DNA of 62,111 nucleotides, the filler included, from Candidatus Fermentibacterota bacterium (GTDB lineage: Bacteria > JAFGKV01): assembly GCA_016928395.1 (NCBI GenBank). It is 6 parts of 6 records of this genome, joined end to end, with 100 filler letters (N's around TTAATTAATTAA, not from the genome) between each part and the next. Parts side by side here need not be neighbours in the genome. Positions count along the whole stretch, not along the records: positions 42,765 to 50,685 come from JAFGKV010000267.1; positions 50,786 to 57,728 come from JAFGKV010000268.1; positions 57,829 to 62,111 come from JAFGKV010000270.1; 3 more parts are not named here. One strand, 5' to 3'. Shown here piece after piece: positions 49,731 to 59,660 of this stretch. Both the position numbers and the translations under genes were made by a program. The notes under the pieces are model-generated. The model was not told the origin of the DNA and did not search any database. It worked only from the letters and a program-made list of their open reading frames with translations. Numbering within the stretch: the first letter of the stretch is position 1; every line of letters begins with the position of its first letter.

Positions 49731-50082
49731 CTATCCTCTCTTTGTCCACTGGTACAAGCAGTTGGACTGGATTCTGGATACGGTTGAGCGGTTTCCTCGC
49801 AGTTCTCGGTTCACCCTTGGGTCCCGGGTGGCGGATCTTGCCCTGGGGGTCTTGGAATGCATCGTGGAAGCCATCTACACGAAGGACCGAGCCGCGATCT
49901 TGCGGCGCATCAACCTGGATTTGGAGAAACTCAGGATTCTCTTCCGCATCGCGGCCGATAGGAAGTACATTTCCCTACGTCAACTCGAGTTCATCAGCCA
50001 GGGACTCGATGAAGCGGGTCGGATGACCGGCGGCTGGAGCAAACATGAGGCGATGCAACGGGCTGTTCGAGAGAGTCATTGA
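49720..50082 (+). CDS. avd: DGR accessory variability determinant, four-helix bundle
   Basis: FPRSSRFTLGSR, LEKLRILFRIA, EAGRMTGGW; directly upstream of the RT. Confidence 0.88.
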   Translation: MRDDYPLFVHWYKQLDWILDTVERFPRSSRFTLGSRVADLALGVLECIVEAIYTKDRAAILRRINLDLEKLRILFRIAADRKYISLRQLEFISQGLDEAGRMTGGWSKHEAMQRAVRESH

Positions 50083-50685
50083 CTTCGGGAGTCTCAAGGC
50101 GGCATTCCGGAGGGCCTTCCAGGGTTCGGGGCGAAGCTATGAGGCGTGCCGGTTCAACTTCCGCCTTGAGAAGGAGCTCCTGCAGCTGGGAGCAGAACTC
50201 GCGAGCGGAACGTACTATCCTGCGCCCCATCGATACTTCGCCGTGCGCGATCCCAAGGAGCGCGAGATTGCCGTGGCGCCGTTCAGGGATAGGGTCGTCC
50301 ATCACGCCGTGGTGGCGGCGATGGAACCTGTGTTTGAGCCTTCGTTCATCTACGACTCATATGCGTGTAGAGTCGGCAAGGGCACCCACGCGGCCGTTCG
50401 GCGGGCCCAGCGGTTTCTGCGATGCGCTGGCTGGTTTCTCAAGGGAGATGTCGAAAAGTTCTTCGAGAGTGTTGATCACGAGATCTTGTTAGAGTTGGTC
50501 GCACGCAAGATCAAGGATTCCCCTTTCCTTGATCTCGTCGAACGAATCGTAAGGAACACGAGGACCCAGGGGCGCGGCCTTCCTATCGGCAATCTTACCC
50601 CAAGTTCACCTCTGATTGAGCGGAAATGGGCGATTTTGAGGGGTGTGGGGCGTGGAAAGCCTTGTCCCATATTGGGGGGAAGTTC
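50045..50685 (+). CDS. DGR-type reverse transcriptase, incomplete
   Basis: DPKEREIAVAPFRDRVVHHA, DSYACRVGKGTHAA, LKGDVEKFFESVDH, GLPIGNLT; similarity lost after about 50599, contig ends at 50685. Confidence 0.9.
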
Positions 50686-50785
50686 NNNNNNNNNNNNNNN
50701 NNNNNNNNNNNNNNNNNNNNNNNNNNNNNTTAATTAATTAANNNNNNNNNNNNNNNNNNNNNNNNNNNNNNNNNNNNNNNNNNNN

Positions 50786-51021
50786 ATGTTCTCATTAGCC
50801 AGCCCGTACCCACCGCCGCCGATGACGAAGGTATGGTTGAGTATCCAGCCGCCACGCCCGCCGACAAACACCGCGGTCTGGTCCGCGAGCTGCGAGAACT
50901 TCACCACCAGACCCCCGAATCCCCCGTTCTCGATGGGGCCTTTGAGAAGAGTCTCCGGCTGTTCCTGGACGGTGATGGCGCACAGTGCGCATGCGAGACC
51001 GATCAGAAGCGGCGACATCAT
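50786..51021 (-). CDS. outer-membrane-protein-like hypothetical, 3' partial
   Basis: signal peptide, GGFGG...VGGRGGWILNHTFVIGGGGYGL. Confidence 0.6.
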
Positions 51022-51125
51022 GCATACCTCCGTTGTTGGTCACCCACATGGATACTACCGGCGAGGGGCCGAAGGTTCCCGGTTTCTCCGGGGCCAGGCG
51101 AACCGTAAGATCTCCACCTGCACCC

Positions 51126-52382
51126 TCAGCCCCCATCTCCCAAAGACTCCCGGCAGGGGCTCGGCCCTTTGGCGCAGGCGCGGCCCAGCCGGAACATGAG
51201 CATGGCTGACGCCAGCAGGAGGCATCCCGACGTGAGAAACACGGGCCTGGCGCCAAGCTGTTGCTTCATGGCCAGACCGACGAAAGGAGCTATCATGGCC
51301 CGCACCCCCACCAAAGTAACGTGGATTGCCATGTAGCGCTGGATCCGCCCGGCAGGCGCGAAGGTATTGGCGCCCAGCATCCACGCCACATCCACGCCCG
51401 CCATACCCAGGCCGAAGCACACATAGGCCGCATAGGCCCCGGGCAACGCCGTCGTGAGGGCAAGCGAGAACGGCCACAATGCCAGAACGCCGAATGCCAA
51501 GGTCGCTACCGGCACGACGCTGGTACGATCCAGCAGTCTCCCGTACAGCGGCAAGCACACCAGCATGATGAGGGGGTGAATGACGCCGAAGACCCCGGAG
51601 GCTTGCGCCCAATCGGCCTTGAGTACGTCGTTCACGAACATGGGAACCAAAGGTTCGGCCATCATGAAGGCGATGCCGTAGAGGAAGAAAATGGCCTCGT
51701 ACCGCCGGAAGAACCCATCGCCGCGCAGGATCTGGAAGAAGTCAGCGAAGGGAACACGGCGCCGAGGCAGTTCGACCGCCTCGGCGGATCGATGCGGCAT
51801 CGATCGGTACGTCATGTACGCACAGAACCCCAGGATGCCTGCCGCGGCAAACACCAGCGGAAACGACTCTGCCCGCCAGTTCAACACTCTGCCAACAGAG
51901 GCTGCGGCCACGCTCATGGCCAGAAGCGCCACGATCTGTGCGCGGGCATAGCAGACGCCGCGGGTTTCCCGCCGGTAGTTGGCCCGAAAGATCATGTTCT
52001 GCGCAGGCAGGTAGTTGGCGTGCACGAGGCTAACCCACGCGATGATCCCAATGAGGAAGAAGGGACCGTGGCAGAAGAGCACCGTGACGTAGAGAAGCCG
52101 ACCGAAAAGCCCGGCCGCCAAGATGAATGAACGGTGATTGGCATAGGTGATGAATGCGGCGCCCACCGAGGAGAACGTGAACATCGACATCTGCAGCGCG
52201 AACAGGAGCGCGATCTGGAAGTCGGTGGCGTCCAACTGCTTGCGGAGGATATAGGCCGTCATGGCCACCAATCCCGCGTATGCCCCGTCGAACAGCGCGG
52301 CCAGCACATGCCGCCGGAAGGTCAGTTGCTCGAGGGGATTGAGCTCCAGCCGCGGCCACCACACACGGAGTAGCTGTCTCAT
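51126..52382 (-). CDS. MFS transporter
   Basis: about 12 hydrophobic helices, GRLLDR, APFVG. Confidence 0.82.
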   Translation of the reverse strand: MRQLLRVWWPRLELNPLEQLTFRRHVLAALFDGAYAGLVAMTAYILRKQLDATDFQIALLFALQMSMFTFSSVGAAFITYANHRSFILAAGLFGRLLYVTVLFCHGPFFLIGIIAWVSLVHANYLPAQNMIFRANYRRETRGVCYARAQIVALLAMSVAAASVGRVLNWRAESFPLVFAAAGILGFCAYMTYRSMPHRSAEAVELPRRRVPFADFFQILRGDGFFRRYEAIFFLYGIAFMMAEPLVPMFVNDVLKADWAQASGVFGVIHPLIMLVCLPLYGRLLDRTSVVPVATLAFGVLALWPFSLALTTALPGAYAAYVCFGLGMAGVDVAWMLGANTFAPAGRIQRYMAIHVTLVGVRAMIAPFVGLAMKQQLGARPVFLTSGCLLLASAMLMFRLGRACAKGPSPCRESLGDGG

Positions 52383-52529
52383 GAGAGGCGCTCATTTCAG
52401 GCCCTGCACCAGACCGTGGGGGCCGCACTGGGGCCCCGGGAGAAGAGTCGCACGAATTTGCCGGTAGTCATGCTCCGGCGCAAACTGGTCTCGCTTCGCG
52501 CGCAGACTCCAAGGTTCAGGGAGGGAGGG

Positions 52530-52745
52530 GATGGATGAATGGATGGATGGGAACACTGGAATGCTGGAATGCTGGAAGGAGGGGGAGGGATACTTCGCTG
52601 CGCTGGCAGGGCACAGGGGTTGGGGTTGGGGTTGGGGTTGGAATACTGGAACGATGGAATGATGAATGGATGGATGGGCCTTCTGAATTCTGAATACTGG
52701 ATTCTGAATACTGCGCAAGGCCGCCTGCCGACCGCCGACTGCGCC
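52530..52745. repeat. composite low-complexity intergenic repeat including (GGGGTT)4
   Basis: GATG/GGAATG units, GGGGTT x4 at 52616-52639; minus strand matches 7507-7572. Confidence 0.7.
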
Positions 52746-52801
52746 GGTCTGCAGGAACCTGAGTGTTGACACGTCGGCATTTTTCCAGTCATTATGACGG
52801 C

Positions 52802-53971
52802 ATGAGAGCTGAAACCCGGTATCCCCGACTCCTTAAGGCACCCGCGCAGAGCTTCTTCGTTTTCGGTATGCGCGGAGTAGGCAAGACTACGTGGGCACGG
52901 CAGGCCTTTCCGGATGCCTTCTACTTCGATCTGCTGGATGAGGGTCTGTTCCAGAGCTACCTGCGCGATCCCCGTCTCTTTGGCCGTGAGCTACTGCGGA
53001 TCGCAGATCGACGGCCCGTGGTTGTGATAGACGAAGTGCAGCGTCTGCCCACGCTGTTGAATGAGGTCCATCGCTTCATTGAGAGCCACGGCCTTCGTTT
53101 CGTCTTGCTGGGCTCCAGCGCGAGAAAGCTGAAGCAGGCCGGCACGAACCTGCTGGCGGGCAGGGCGCTGAGACGCATCATGTTCCCCCTGTTGCCACAC
53201 GAACTCGCATCTGACTTCGACCTGGGGGCAATCCTGCGCTTCGGCTCGCTCCCCGTAATCTGGCAGTCGTCTGTGACGGAAGAAAGCCTTGATGCCTACG
53301 TGCAGTTGTACTTGAAGCAGGAGATCCAGGCGGAGGCGTTGGTGCGCAACCTCCCGGGCTTTGCCCGCTTCCTTCCTGTCGCGGCGCTCTTCCACGGCCA
53401 GGTGCTCAACGTGGCGGGATTGGCCCGGGATGCGGGCGTGGCGAGGACGACGATCTCCGGATACCTGGATATCCTCGCCGACACCCATGTTGCCTGGATG
53501 CTGCCCGCATACGAGGCCAGGTTACGGGTCAAGGAGCGCAAGCATCCCAAGCTCTACTGGGTTGATACTGGGGTGATGCGGGCGGTGAAGCGGGAGCTTC
53601 ATCCGCCCGGCGAGATGGAGCGCGGCCCTTTGCTCGAGGGCTGGGTGGGGTCACTGTTGAGGGCGTATGGCGAACCGGGGGTCGGCCTCGGCCGGCAGTA
53701 CGACGACTTGTTCTACTGGGCTCCGGCCCAGGGCGGCAGCGAGGTGGACTTCTTGGTGCGCCATGGCCTGGAGTTCACGGCGATCGAAGTGAAGGCAAAG
53801 GACGCCCTGGTGCCGCGCGATCTCACGGGCCTGAAGGCCATCGGAGACCTCAAGGGCGTCAGCCGTCGGATCGTCGTGTTCCTCGGCGAACGGCCGTTCC
53901 GCACTGAGGCCGGCATCGATGCGCTCCCCGTCCGTCACTTCCTCGACGCGTTGGAGCAGGGGCTCATCTGA
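52802..53971 (+). CDS. AAA_14 ATPase with DUF4143 domain
   Basis: GMRGVGKTT, IDEVQ, GSS, LAGRA, KLYWVDTG, EVDF...IEVK. Confidence 0.9.
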   Translation: MRAETRYPRLLKAPAQSFFVFGMRGVGKTTWARQAFPDAFYFDLLDEGLFQSYLRDPRLFGRELLRIADRRPVVVIDEVQRLPTLLNEVHRFIESHGLRFVLLGSSARKLKQAGTNLLAGRALRRIMFPLLPHELASDFDLGAILRFGSLPVIWQSSVTEESLDAYVQLYLKQEIQAEALVRNLPGFARFLPVAALFHGQVLNVAGLARDAGVARTTISGYLDILADTHVAWMLPAYEARLRVKERKHPKLYWVDTGVMRAVKRELHPPGEMERGPLLEGWVGSLLRAYGEPGVGLGRQYDDLFYWAPAQGGSEVDFLVRHGLEFTAIEVKAKDALVPRDLTGLKAIGDLKGVSRRIVVFLGERPFRTEAGIDALPVRHFLDALEQGLI

Positions 53972-54362
53972 ACCGCGTGCTTCGTCCGGCTCCCTGTTGA
54001 TTTCGTGCTTCCCGCGGAGCCGGCCTTCACCCCTTGACCCCTTGACTTCTTCATCTCCTCACTCCTCACTCCTATTTCCTCACTCAAGAGACACCTTCAC
54101 CAAGGGGCAGTGGTGGATACGACCGGGCCTTGCCCATGCTCTTGTCATCCGGCGTACTTCGCGTGTCGACCGAGCCGGTGTCTTCCCGGTCTACCGGCGT
54201 CAGCCCTCCCCATACCGCAAGGCCCACCCGTTGGCAGCGGAGAGAGTTCAGATTTCACGGACGTCCCCCAACCGCACGGAATGCTGACCCCGAAGCGTTT
54301 CGCGGAATCCGCCTGCATCGCCGATGGCGCGGGAGCCAAGGCCCCGAAGAGCGCAGGCCGGC

Positions 54363-55976
54363 CTATGGTTTGGATGATGCGCACGTATCCTGCCACCCTG
54401 CAGGCGAGAGGTCTAACGTGGTGTCGGCGGTCACGATGAAGGTGCGCTGCTCGGGGATACTGCCGTCGACCGACACCTCTTGCGTGGCCCACGAGCCGCG
54501 GGTGACCTTGAACGCCAGCATCGTTGACTCCGGAAGGACGAACGCGCGCTCCCATACGCTGTCAGCTTGGAGGATGAGCGGAATTCCCTTGGTGACCCAG
54601 GCCCCGAGATAGCGATGGTTTCCATTCACGTAGACCGCATCTCCAGACGGGAGCGACGGCGGGACCACGCGGATCGTAACCGTGCGTCTCTTCGCCGCGA
54701 ACCCTGGGGTATCCGAGTATGACGCCCATGCGGGCCTCGCCGCCACAATACGCGCATCGCCGAAGCTCCTGAAGCCTTCGGCGAAGACCCACGGGATGAG
54801 ATCGCGGATGTCGACGAAGCGGTTCGCCAGCACGACTGCCCCCAGATCGGCATCGGCATTGTACAACATGAAGGTGGATGTCCCCGGGTCTGCACCGGTA
54901 TGCCCCCACACCGCTTCTCCGTTGTCCAAGGCCATCGCATACCCTCCCACGCCGAAGTCCACGAACGCGCCCGGGAGGAAGGCGCGGTCCACGTGAGGGC
55001 TGAACATTGTCTGGATCGATTCCTCGGCGAGCACCTGCTTCCCGTCACTGACCCCCCGGTTCAGGACCATCATGAGGAAGCGGGATAGGTCAGCGGCGCT
55101 GGAGTAGAGGTCGCCTGCCCCTCGCGCGGGGGAGGAATAGTGGCAGAGACGGATGAAACGCTCTCCCTCTGGGGACTCGACCACGCTGTCCCCGGCCGCG
55201 GCGAGATCGCGTTCGAGACCCCAGTCGTCCCCCCGCGCATACATATCGGCGAAGGCTGATGGATCCCGACCGCTGAATCCGAAGGACGTGGCGGGCATTC
55301 CGAGCGGCTCAAAGAAGTGCGTCCTGCAGTACTCATCGAACGGAAGCCCCGACGCCCGCTCGACGACACATGCCAGCAGCCCGTAGCCCGCGTTCGAGTA
55401 CTGGAACCCCTCGCCCGGTGCCCACTGCTCAAAGTTACCGGTGGAGTCCCAGGATTCTCCCCCAGGTAGGAAGTATGCCTGTGCCCACTGATCGAGCGAC
55501 ATCGGGTGTTCACCGCAGCGGTAGTTCCGCCACAACGAAGGACCATTGCTGATTGAGGACGTGTGGCACAGGACCTGCTCAATTGTGATCGCCACCCCGG
55601 GAAATGCCGGATTGCTGATTCGGAAAGGCAGGTAGTCATTCACCGAACGGTCGATAGCCAGCTTGCCCTGCTCTTCCAGAAGGAGCACCGCCGCGGCCGT
55701 GATAGACTTCGCGATGGAGGCCACACAGAACACCGAGGCAGTCGACATTGGCGCCAGGGTCTCGACGTTCTCGTAGCCGTAGCCCTTGCACCAAAGCATC
55801 CCACGATCACTCACGATGGAGACCGCGACCCCCGGCAGGCGATCGCGGGCGCGCTTGAACTCGATGTAGGCATCCAGCTCGGCGAGGTCCTTCGGGACGG
55901 CATGCGCGAGGTGGCAGACCAACAAGAGGAGGCACGAGAGCCGAGCGCGTGGGTTCTGGTGGTGTTCTCCCATCAT
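54363..55976 (-). CDS. serine hydrolase (beta-lactamase family) with C-terminal CBM20-like domain
   Basis: ASIAK (SxxK), YSNAGY, GHTG; VYVNGNHRYLGAW...FKVTRGSW. Confidence 0.85.
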   Translation of the reverse strand: MMGEHHQNPRARLSCLLLLVCHLAHAVPKDLAELDAYIEFKRARDRLPGVAVSIVSDRGMLWCKGYGYENVETLAPMSTASVFCVASIAKSITAAAVLLLEEQGKLAIDRSVNDYLPFRISNPAFPGVAITIEQVLCHTSSISNGPSLWRNYRCGEHPMSLDQWAQAYFLPGGESWDSTGNFEQWAPGEGFQYSNAGYGLLACVVERASGLPFDEYCRTHFFEPLGMPATSFGFSGRDPSAFADMYARGDDWGLERDLAAAGDSVVESPEGERFIRLCHYSSPARGAGDLYSSAADLSRFLMMVLNRGVSDGKQVLAEESIQTMFSPHVDRAFLPGAFVDFGVGGYAMALDNGEAVWGHTGADPGTSTFMLYNADADLGAVVLANRFVDIRDLIPWVFAEGFRSFGDARIVAARPAWASYSDTPGFAAKRRTVTIRVVPPSLPSGDAVYVNGNHRYLGAWVTKGIPLILQADSVWERAFVLPESTMLAFKVTRGSWATQEVSVDGSIPEQRTFIVTADTTLDLSPAGWQDTCASSKP

Positions 55977-56509
55977 CCCTCCCATGGTGAGCGTAGCTCT
56001 TGGATCAGGGAACAAGCCACTACCAGTGATGTAGCGGCGATCCCCTTGAGTCAAGCTCGCCAACAGCATCTCGTTATGCGGTCTACAGCAGTCCATAGCA
56101 CCCTAGTGGGTCCTAGGTACTAGGGTCAGAGTACCAGGAAGAAGTCAAGGGGTTTCTTCTGTCTTGTGACACAAGGATCTCCTCCCGTTCCGGCAGACGC
56201 CGGTTTTCGAACTCCCTCCAGCTCAGGACCTCGGCTCTCGACGCGAGACATCTTCGCGTTCTGACGACGTCGGTGGCCAACCCTCTCCGTGTGCCTGACC
56301 GTGGCAACCTGTACCGAGCCGGTCAGGGGCAGAGTATGGGGTACCACGTAGTGCTTGTTGGTTCCTTTGAATGAGCCGTGGCGAGAGAATCTCGAGGCGG
56401 GTCCGAGAGTGCAACGAACGAGAATAGGTCGGGTTCGTCGAACGACATTCCTTTCACTTCGGACCTCAGCGTCAAGTCTTGGGCATGGGAAGCGCTTCGG
56501 CGTTGTGCC

Positions 56510-56923
56510 TCAATCCCCAAACGGATGAACTGGCACCTTGAGTTTGCGGAAGTCTGACGCGTTGAAAGTTGCGATGCTCTCACAGCCAGCGTCGGCAGCA
56601 CTGGCGGCGATGTAGGCATCGGCGAATTCGATACCGCTGGTTCGCGCTCGCTGAAGCGCGTCATCAACGAGGGTATGGTCAAGCACGGTGAGCCCGGGAG
56701 CAGTGAGTATGCTGCCGAGCGCATCGAGCACCTCAACCCGCCCAAGCTTGTACGCTGATCGCAGTGTCCAGTACACCTCGAAGAGCACCGGGGGACCAGT
56801 AACGAGCCTGACTTCTGCTCGCTCAGCGCGCTCGAACAGATGCACAGCCAGGTCATGGTGGCCGTGCTCGTCGTGCGTGAAGAGCCGCAGGAAGACATTC
56901 GAGTCGACGAAGATGGGGCTCAT
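56510..56923 (-). CDS. vapC: PIN domain toxin (VapC-like)
   Basis: VDSNVFLR, EVYWTL, FADAYIAA, TFN. Confidence 0.88.
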   Translation of the reverse strand: MSPIFVDSNVFLRLFTHDEHGHHDLAVHLFERAERAEVRLVTGPPVLFEVYWTLRSAYKLGRVEVLDALGSILTAPGLTVLDHTLVDDALQRARTSGIEFADAYIAASAADAGCESIATFNASDFRKLKVPVHPFGD

Positions 56924-57159
56924 TCTCCCCGGTCCTTGTGGGCCGCGACGGCATCCAGCATGCCTTGTCGTTCCTCCGAGGCAGGACGAGCAGCGCCTGC
57001 GAATCCGGCCAGGTCTTTCAAGCTCTTCAACGGCCGAATTACCAGCCAGTCCTGCTCAACCTGAATCATCACATGGCGGTGGGGCTCAATCCCGACCGCG
57101 CGGCGGAGTCCCGCAGGGAGCGTTATCTGCCCTTTGGAGGAGACTGTCGCAACGCTCAT
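56920..57159 (-). CDS. AbrB/MazE/SpoVT family antitoxin
   Basis: VSSKGQITLPAGLRRAVGI; overlaps the PIN gene. Confidence 0.88.
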   Translation of the reverse strand: MSVATVSSKGQITLPAGLRRAVGIEPHRHVMIQVEQDWLVIRPLKSLKDLAGFAGAARPASEERQGMLDAVAAHKDRGE

Positions 57160-57524
57160 GATCACACCTCCGGTATGAGTGAGCATATTCGAGATTCGGA
57201 TCGAACGGAGAAGAGCCCTGTACTGCTTTACTCTGGTCAATCAGTAAAGCGAACCCATCGAAGTCAAGGGAGGAAGCCTTCGCATTCCTCCCGGGCATCA
57301 TGTCACCGGCGCACGCGACGTATGTAGAAGTCAACTTGCTGAGCGAAAGAGCCGCCTAGGGTCAGAGGTAGTGCATTTGTGGGATTGGATGGGGTCGCGC
57401 TTCGGGGAGGTAGGGAAAGCGCCGGATAATCGGCGAGGTGGAGCGAAGGGAAGAGTCGTACGGTGAAGGAACGAAGAACCTGCCGACTGGCGGGCTCATG
57501 TCTGCGTGCAGCCTGCTTCAAGCC

Positions 57525-57566
57525 CACCTTGGCCACTATTCTCAGGTGAGAATAGTGGCCAAGGTG
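57525..57566. repeat. perfect 20-bp inverted repeat with 2-nt spacer
   Basis: CACCTTGGCCACTATTCTCA-GG-TGAGAATAGTGGCCAAGGTG. Confidence 0.9.
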
Positions 57567-57828
57567 ATCCGATCTCGCCTCTCCCGCTTCGCCATTCCAA
57601 ACTACAAACGCTTCCCGGTTCTATTCCTGCAGCAAAGCGACCCGCGCATCCGTTCCTCATTGGTAGCCGGGCCTCTCTCTGGTCGACTCCTGACACGAGT
57701 TGTCGCAGGGGCTGCCAGATGATCGACGNNNNNNNNNNNNNNNNNNNNNNNNNNNNNNNNNNNNNNNNNNNNTTAATTAATTAANNNNNNNNNNNNNNNN
57801 NNNNNNNNNNNNNNNNNNNNNNNNNNNN

Positions 57829-58241
57829 ACCTGCAGCGTCAGGTAGCGTCCCGCGATCCGCGTGGCCAGCTCCCCTGAGAACAGCGAGGCATTCGACCCG
57901 GATATGGCCACGCGCGTAGACGGCTCTGCGTTCAAAGAGGCGATCGCAGTCTGCCACTGCTCGATCTGCTGCACTTCGTCCACGACCACCAGACGCGGTT
58001 CGCCCTTCCGGGTCGTCGCGTTGACGTAGCCGACTAGGTCAGCGGCTGTCTTCACTTCTGCGAAGTCGAAGGACTCCTTGTCTACGTAGCTCACCTGCTC
58101 AGAGCGACGCACCCCGTCGGCGAACTGGCGCAACAGCACGCTCTTCCCGACACGCCGCAGGCCCACGACTGCCACGATGTTCGGTGTCTGCGCGAAGCGG
58201 CTGAGGCTGTCCAGATAGTGCTGCCGCCGGATCTCCAGCAT
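57829..58241 (-). CDS. AAA_14 family ATP-binding protein, 3' partial
   Basis: GLRRVGKS, VDEVQ, SGSNASLFSGELATRIAGRY. Confidence 0.88.
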
Positions 58242-58512
58242 GTTTCGATTATAGTCGAAGAAACTCATTGTTGTCCATAGAATTTAGAGTGTAGTCGAAG
58301 GGATGCCCGGTACACTCCGGCCAGCGGTGGGCGGATCAGCGAGCTCAGCTTCGACCTGTTGCGCTTTCGCGAGGTGGCGGCGCAAGCCGGGCTGGATAGC
58401 GACTCCCGCCGATGAGGTTGCTCAAGGGGGGTCTTGTGGGCCTGCATTTGGCTGAAGGCTGCGCACCTGCGAATGACCGGATTCCCCCCCCGCTACCGCC
58501 CGCGTCCGGGGA

Positions 58513-58562
58513 TTGACCGAGTCGGGAGTTTATTGTATACTAAACTGCCAAGTTGTTGAACA
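58513..58562 (+). promoter_or_regulatory. sigma70 promoter with overlapping operator boxes
   Basis: TTGACC-17-TATACT; ATTGTATACTA and TTGTTGAACA boxes. Confidence 0.7.
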
Positions 58563-58583
58563 TTTTGTCTCGGCGCGAGGAAG

Positions 58584-59645
58584 GTGGTTGTGACATCACG
58601 AGAGAGAATCTTGGCCGCTGGAAAATGTCAGCAAACAGACGTTGTCCCGGTGGCGCCCTACATGGGAAATCATGCAGCCCGCCTCGCGGGAGTCCCCCTG
58701 GGAGAGTACTACAACAAGCCCAGCAGGTTGGCCCACGCCCAGAAGCGAGCCTGGGAGCTCTACGGACAGGACGTGCTGGTCGTGCAGTCCGACAACTACT
58801 ACATGGCCGAGGCCTTCGGCTGCGTCACGGATCATCACGCGGACGGCCTACCGACCATGAAGAAGACGGTCATCGGGGAGATGCGGGACATTGCCCGGCT
58901 GAAGCGGCCGGACCCCCGCACAGATGGCCGGATGCCTGTCTTCCTCGAAGCCATGGAGCTACTGCGACAGTCGGTGGGATCGGAAGTCGCGCTGCGGGGC
59001 TGCGGCACCGGGCCGTTCGTCATGGCTGGGCACCTGATGGGTCCTGAGAAGCTGATGATCGAGCTGGCCAAGATCGAATATGGGCTTGGAGGTGACGAAC
59101 AGGCTCTCGAAGCACTGTTTGAGATCACCCTTCAGACCTTGATCGATTTCGTTAGCCTGCAGCTGGAAGCCGGGGCCGACATCGTGCAGTGTGCGGACTC
59201 TTTGGCTTCGATCGACGTCGTATCGCCCGACATGTACGACAAATACGTGTGGCCGTTCGAGAAACGGTTCTTCGACGAAGTCAATCCGCTCTGCCGGGAG
59301 CACGGTGCGCTAAGTCTCCTGCATATATGCGGAAACAACACCAAGGTCTTCGGACGCTTCGCAGAGCTGGGTGCCGACATTGTTGCGATCGATCACAAAG
59401 CCGATCTGGCCACCGCCAAACAGGTGATTGGGGGAAGTGCCTGCCTGATCGGCAATATCGACCCCTCCTCGGTCCTGCTACTGGGCGACGTGCATGAAGT
59501 CGAACGGCAGTGTGAGCTGTGCATCGCAAAGGGCAACGAGCAGGGAGGCTTCATACTCGGTTCCGGCTGCGAGGTCGCCATGGACACACCACTCGAGAAT
59601 ATCCAGGCCATGATACGCGTGGCGCGTGCCCATGCATGTGGATAG
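58584..59645 (+). CDS. uroporphyrinogen decarboxylase family protein (MtaA/CmuA-like)
   Basis: AEAFG, GPF, LHICG, GNIDP, FILGSGC, TPLENI. Confidence 0.88.
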   Translation: MVVTSRERILAAGKCQQTDVVPVAPYMGNHAARLAGVPLGEYYNKPSRLAHAQKRAWELYGQDVLVVQSDNYYMAEAFGCVTDHHADGLPTMKKTVIGEMRDIARLKRPDPRTDGRMPVFLEAMELLRQSVGSEVALRGCGTGPFVMAGHLMGPEKLMIELAKIEYGLGGDEQALEALFEITLQTLIDFVSLQLEAGADIVQCADSLASIDVVSPDMYDKYVWPFEKRFFDEVNPLCREHGALSLLHICGNNTKVFGRFAELGADIVAIDHKADLATAKQVIGGSACLIGNIDPSSVLLLGDVHEVERQCELCIAKGNEQGGFILGSGCEVAMDTPLENIQAMIRVARAHACG

Positions 59646-59660
59646 AGGAGCCGCTGCGTC

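Larger units (their letters stand above)
46654..50685 (+). mobile_element. diversity-generating retroelement (target-VR, hairpin, HRDC, avd, RT; TR not in window)
   Basis: canonical component set and gene order. Confidence 0.85.

Noticed and set aside
50045-50685. RT as group II intron or retron
   Set aside because: Adjacent avd, HRDC and a C-lectin-fold target point to a DGR; no intron RNA or msr/msd structure is visible upstream
56100-56500. Short ORFs between the hydrolase and vapC
   Set aside because: No family motifs; possibly decayed remnants but unsupported
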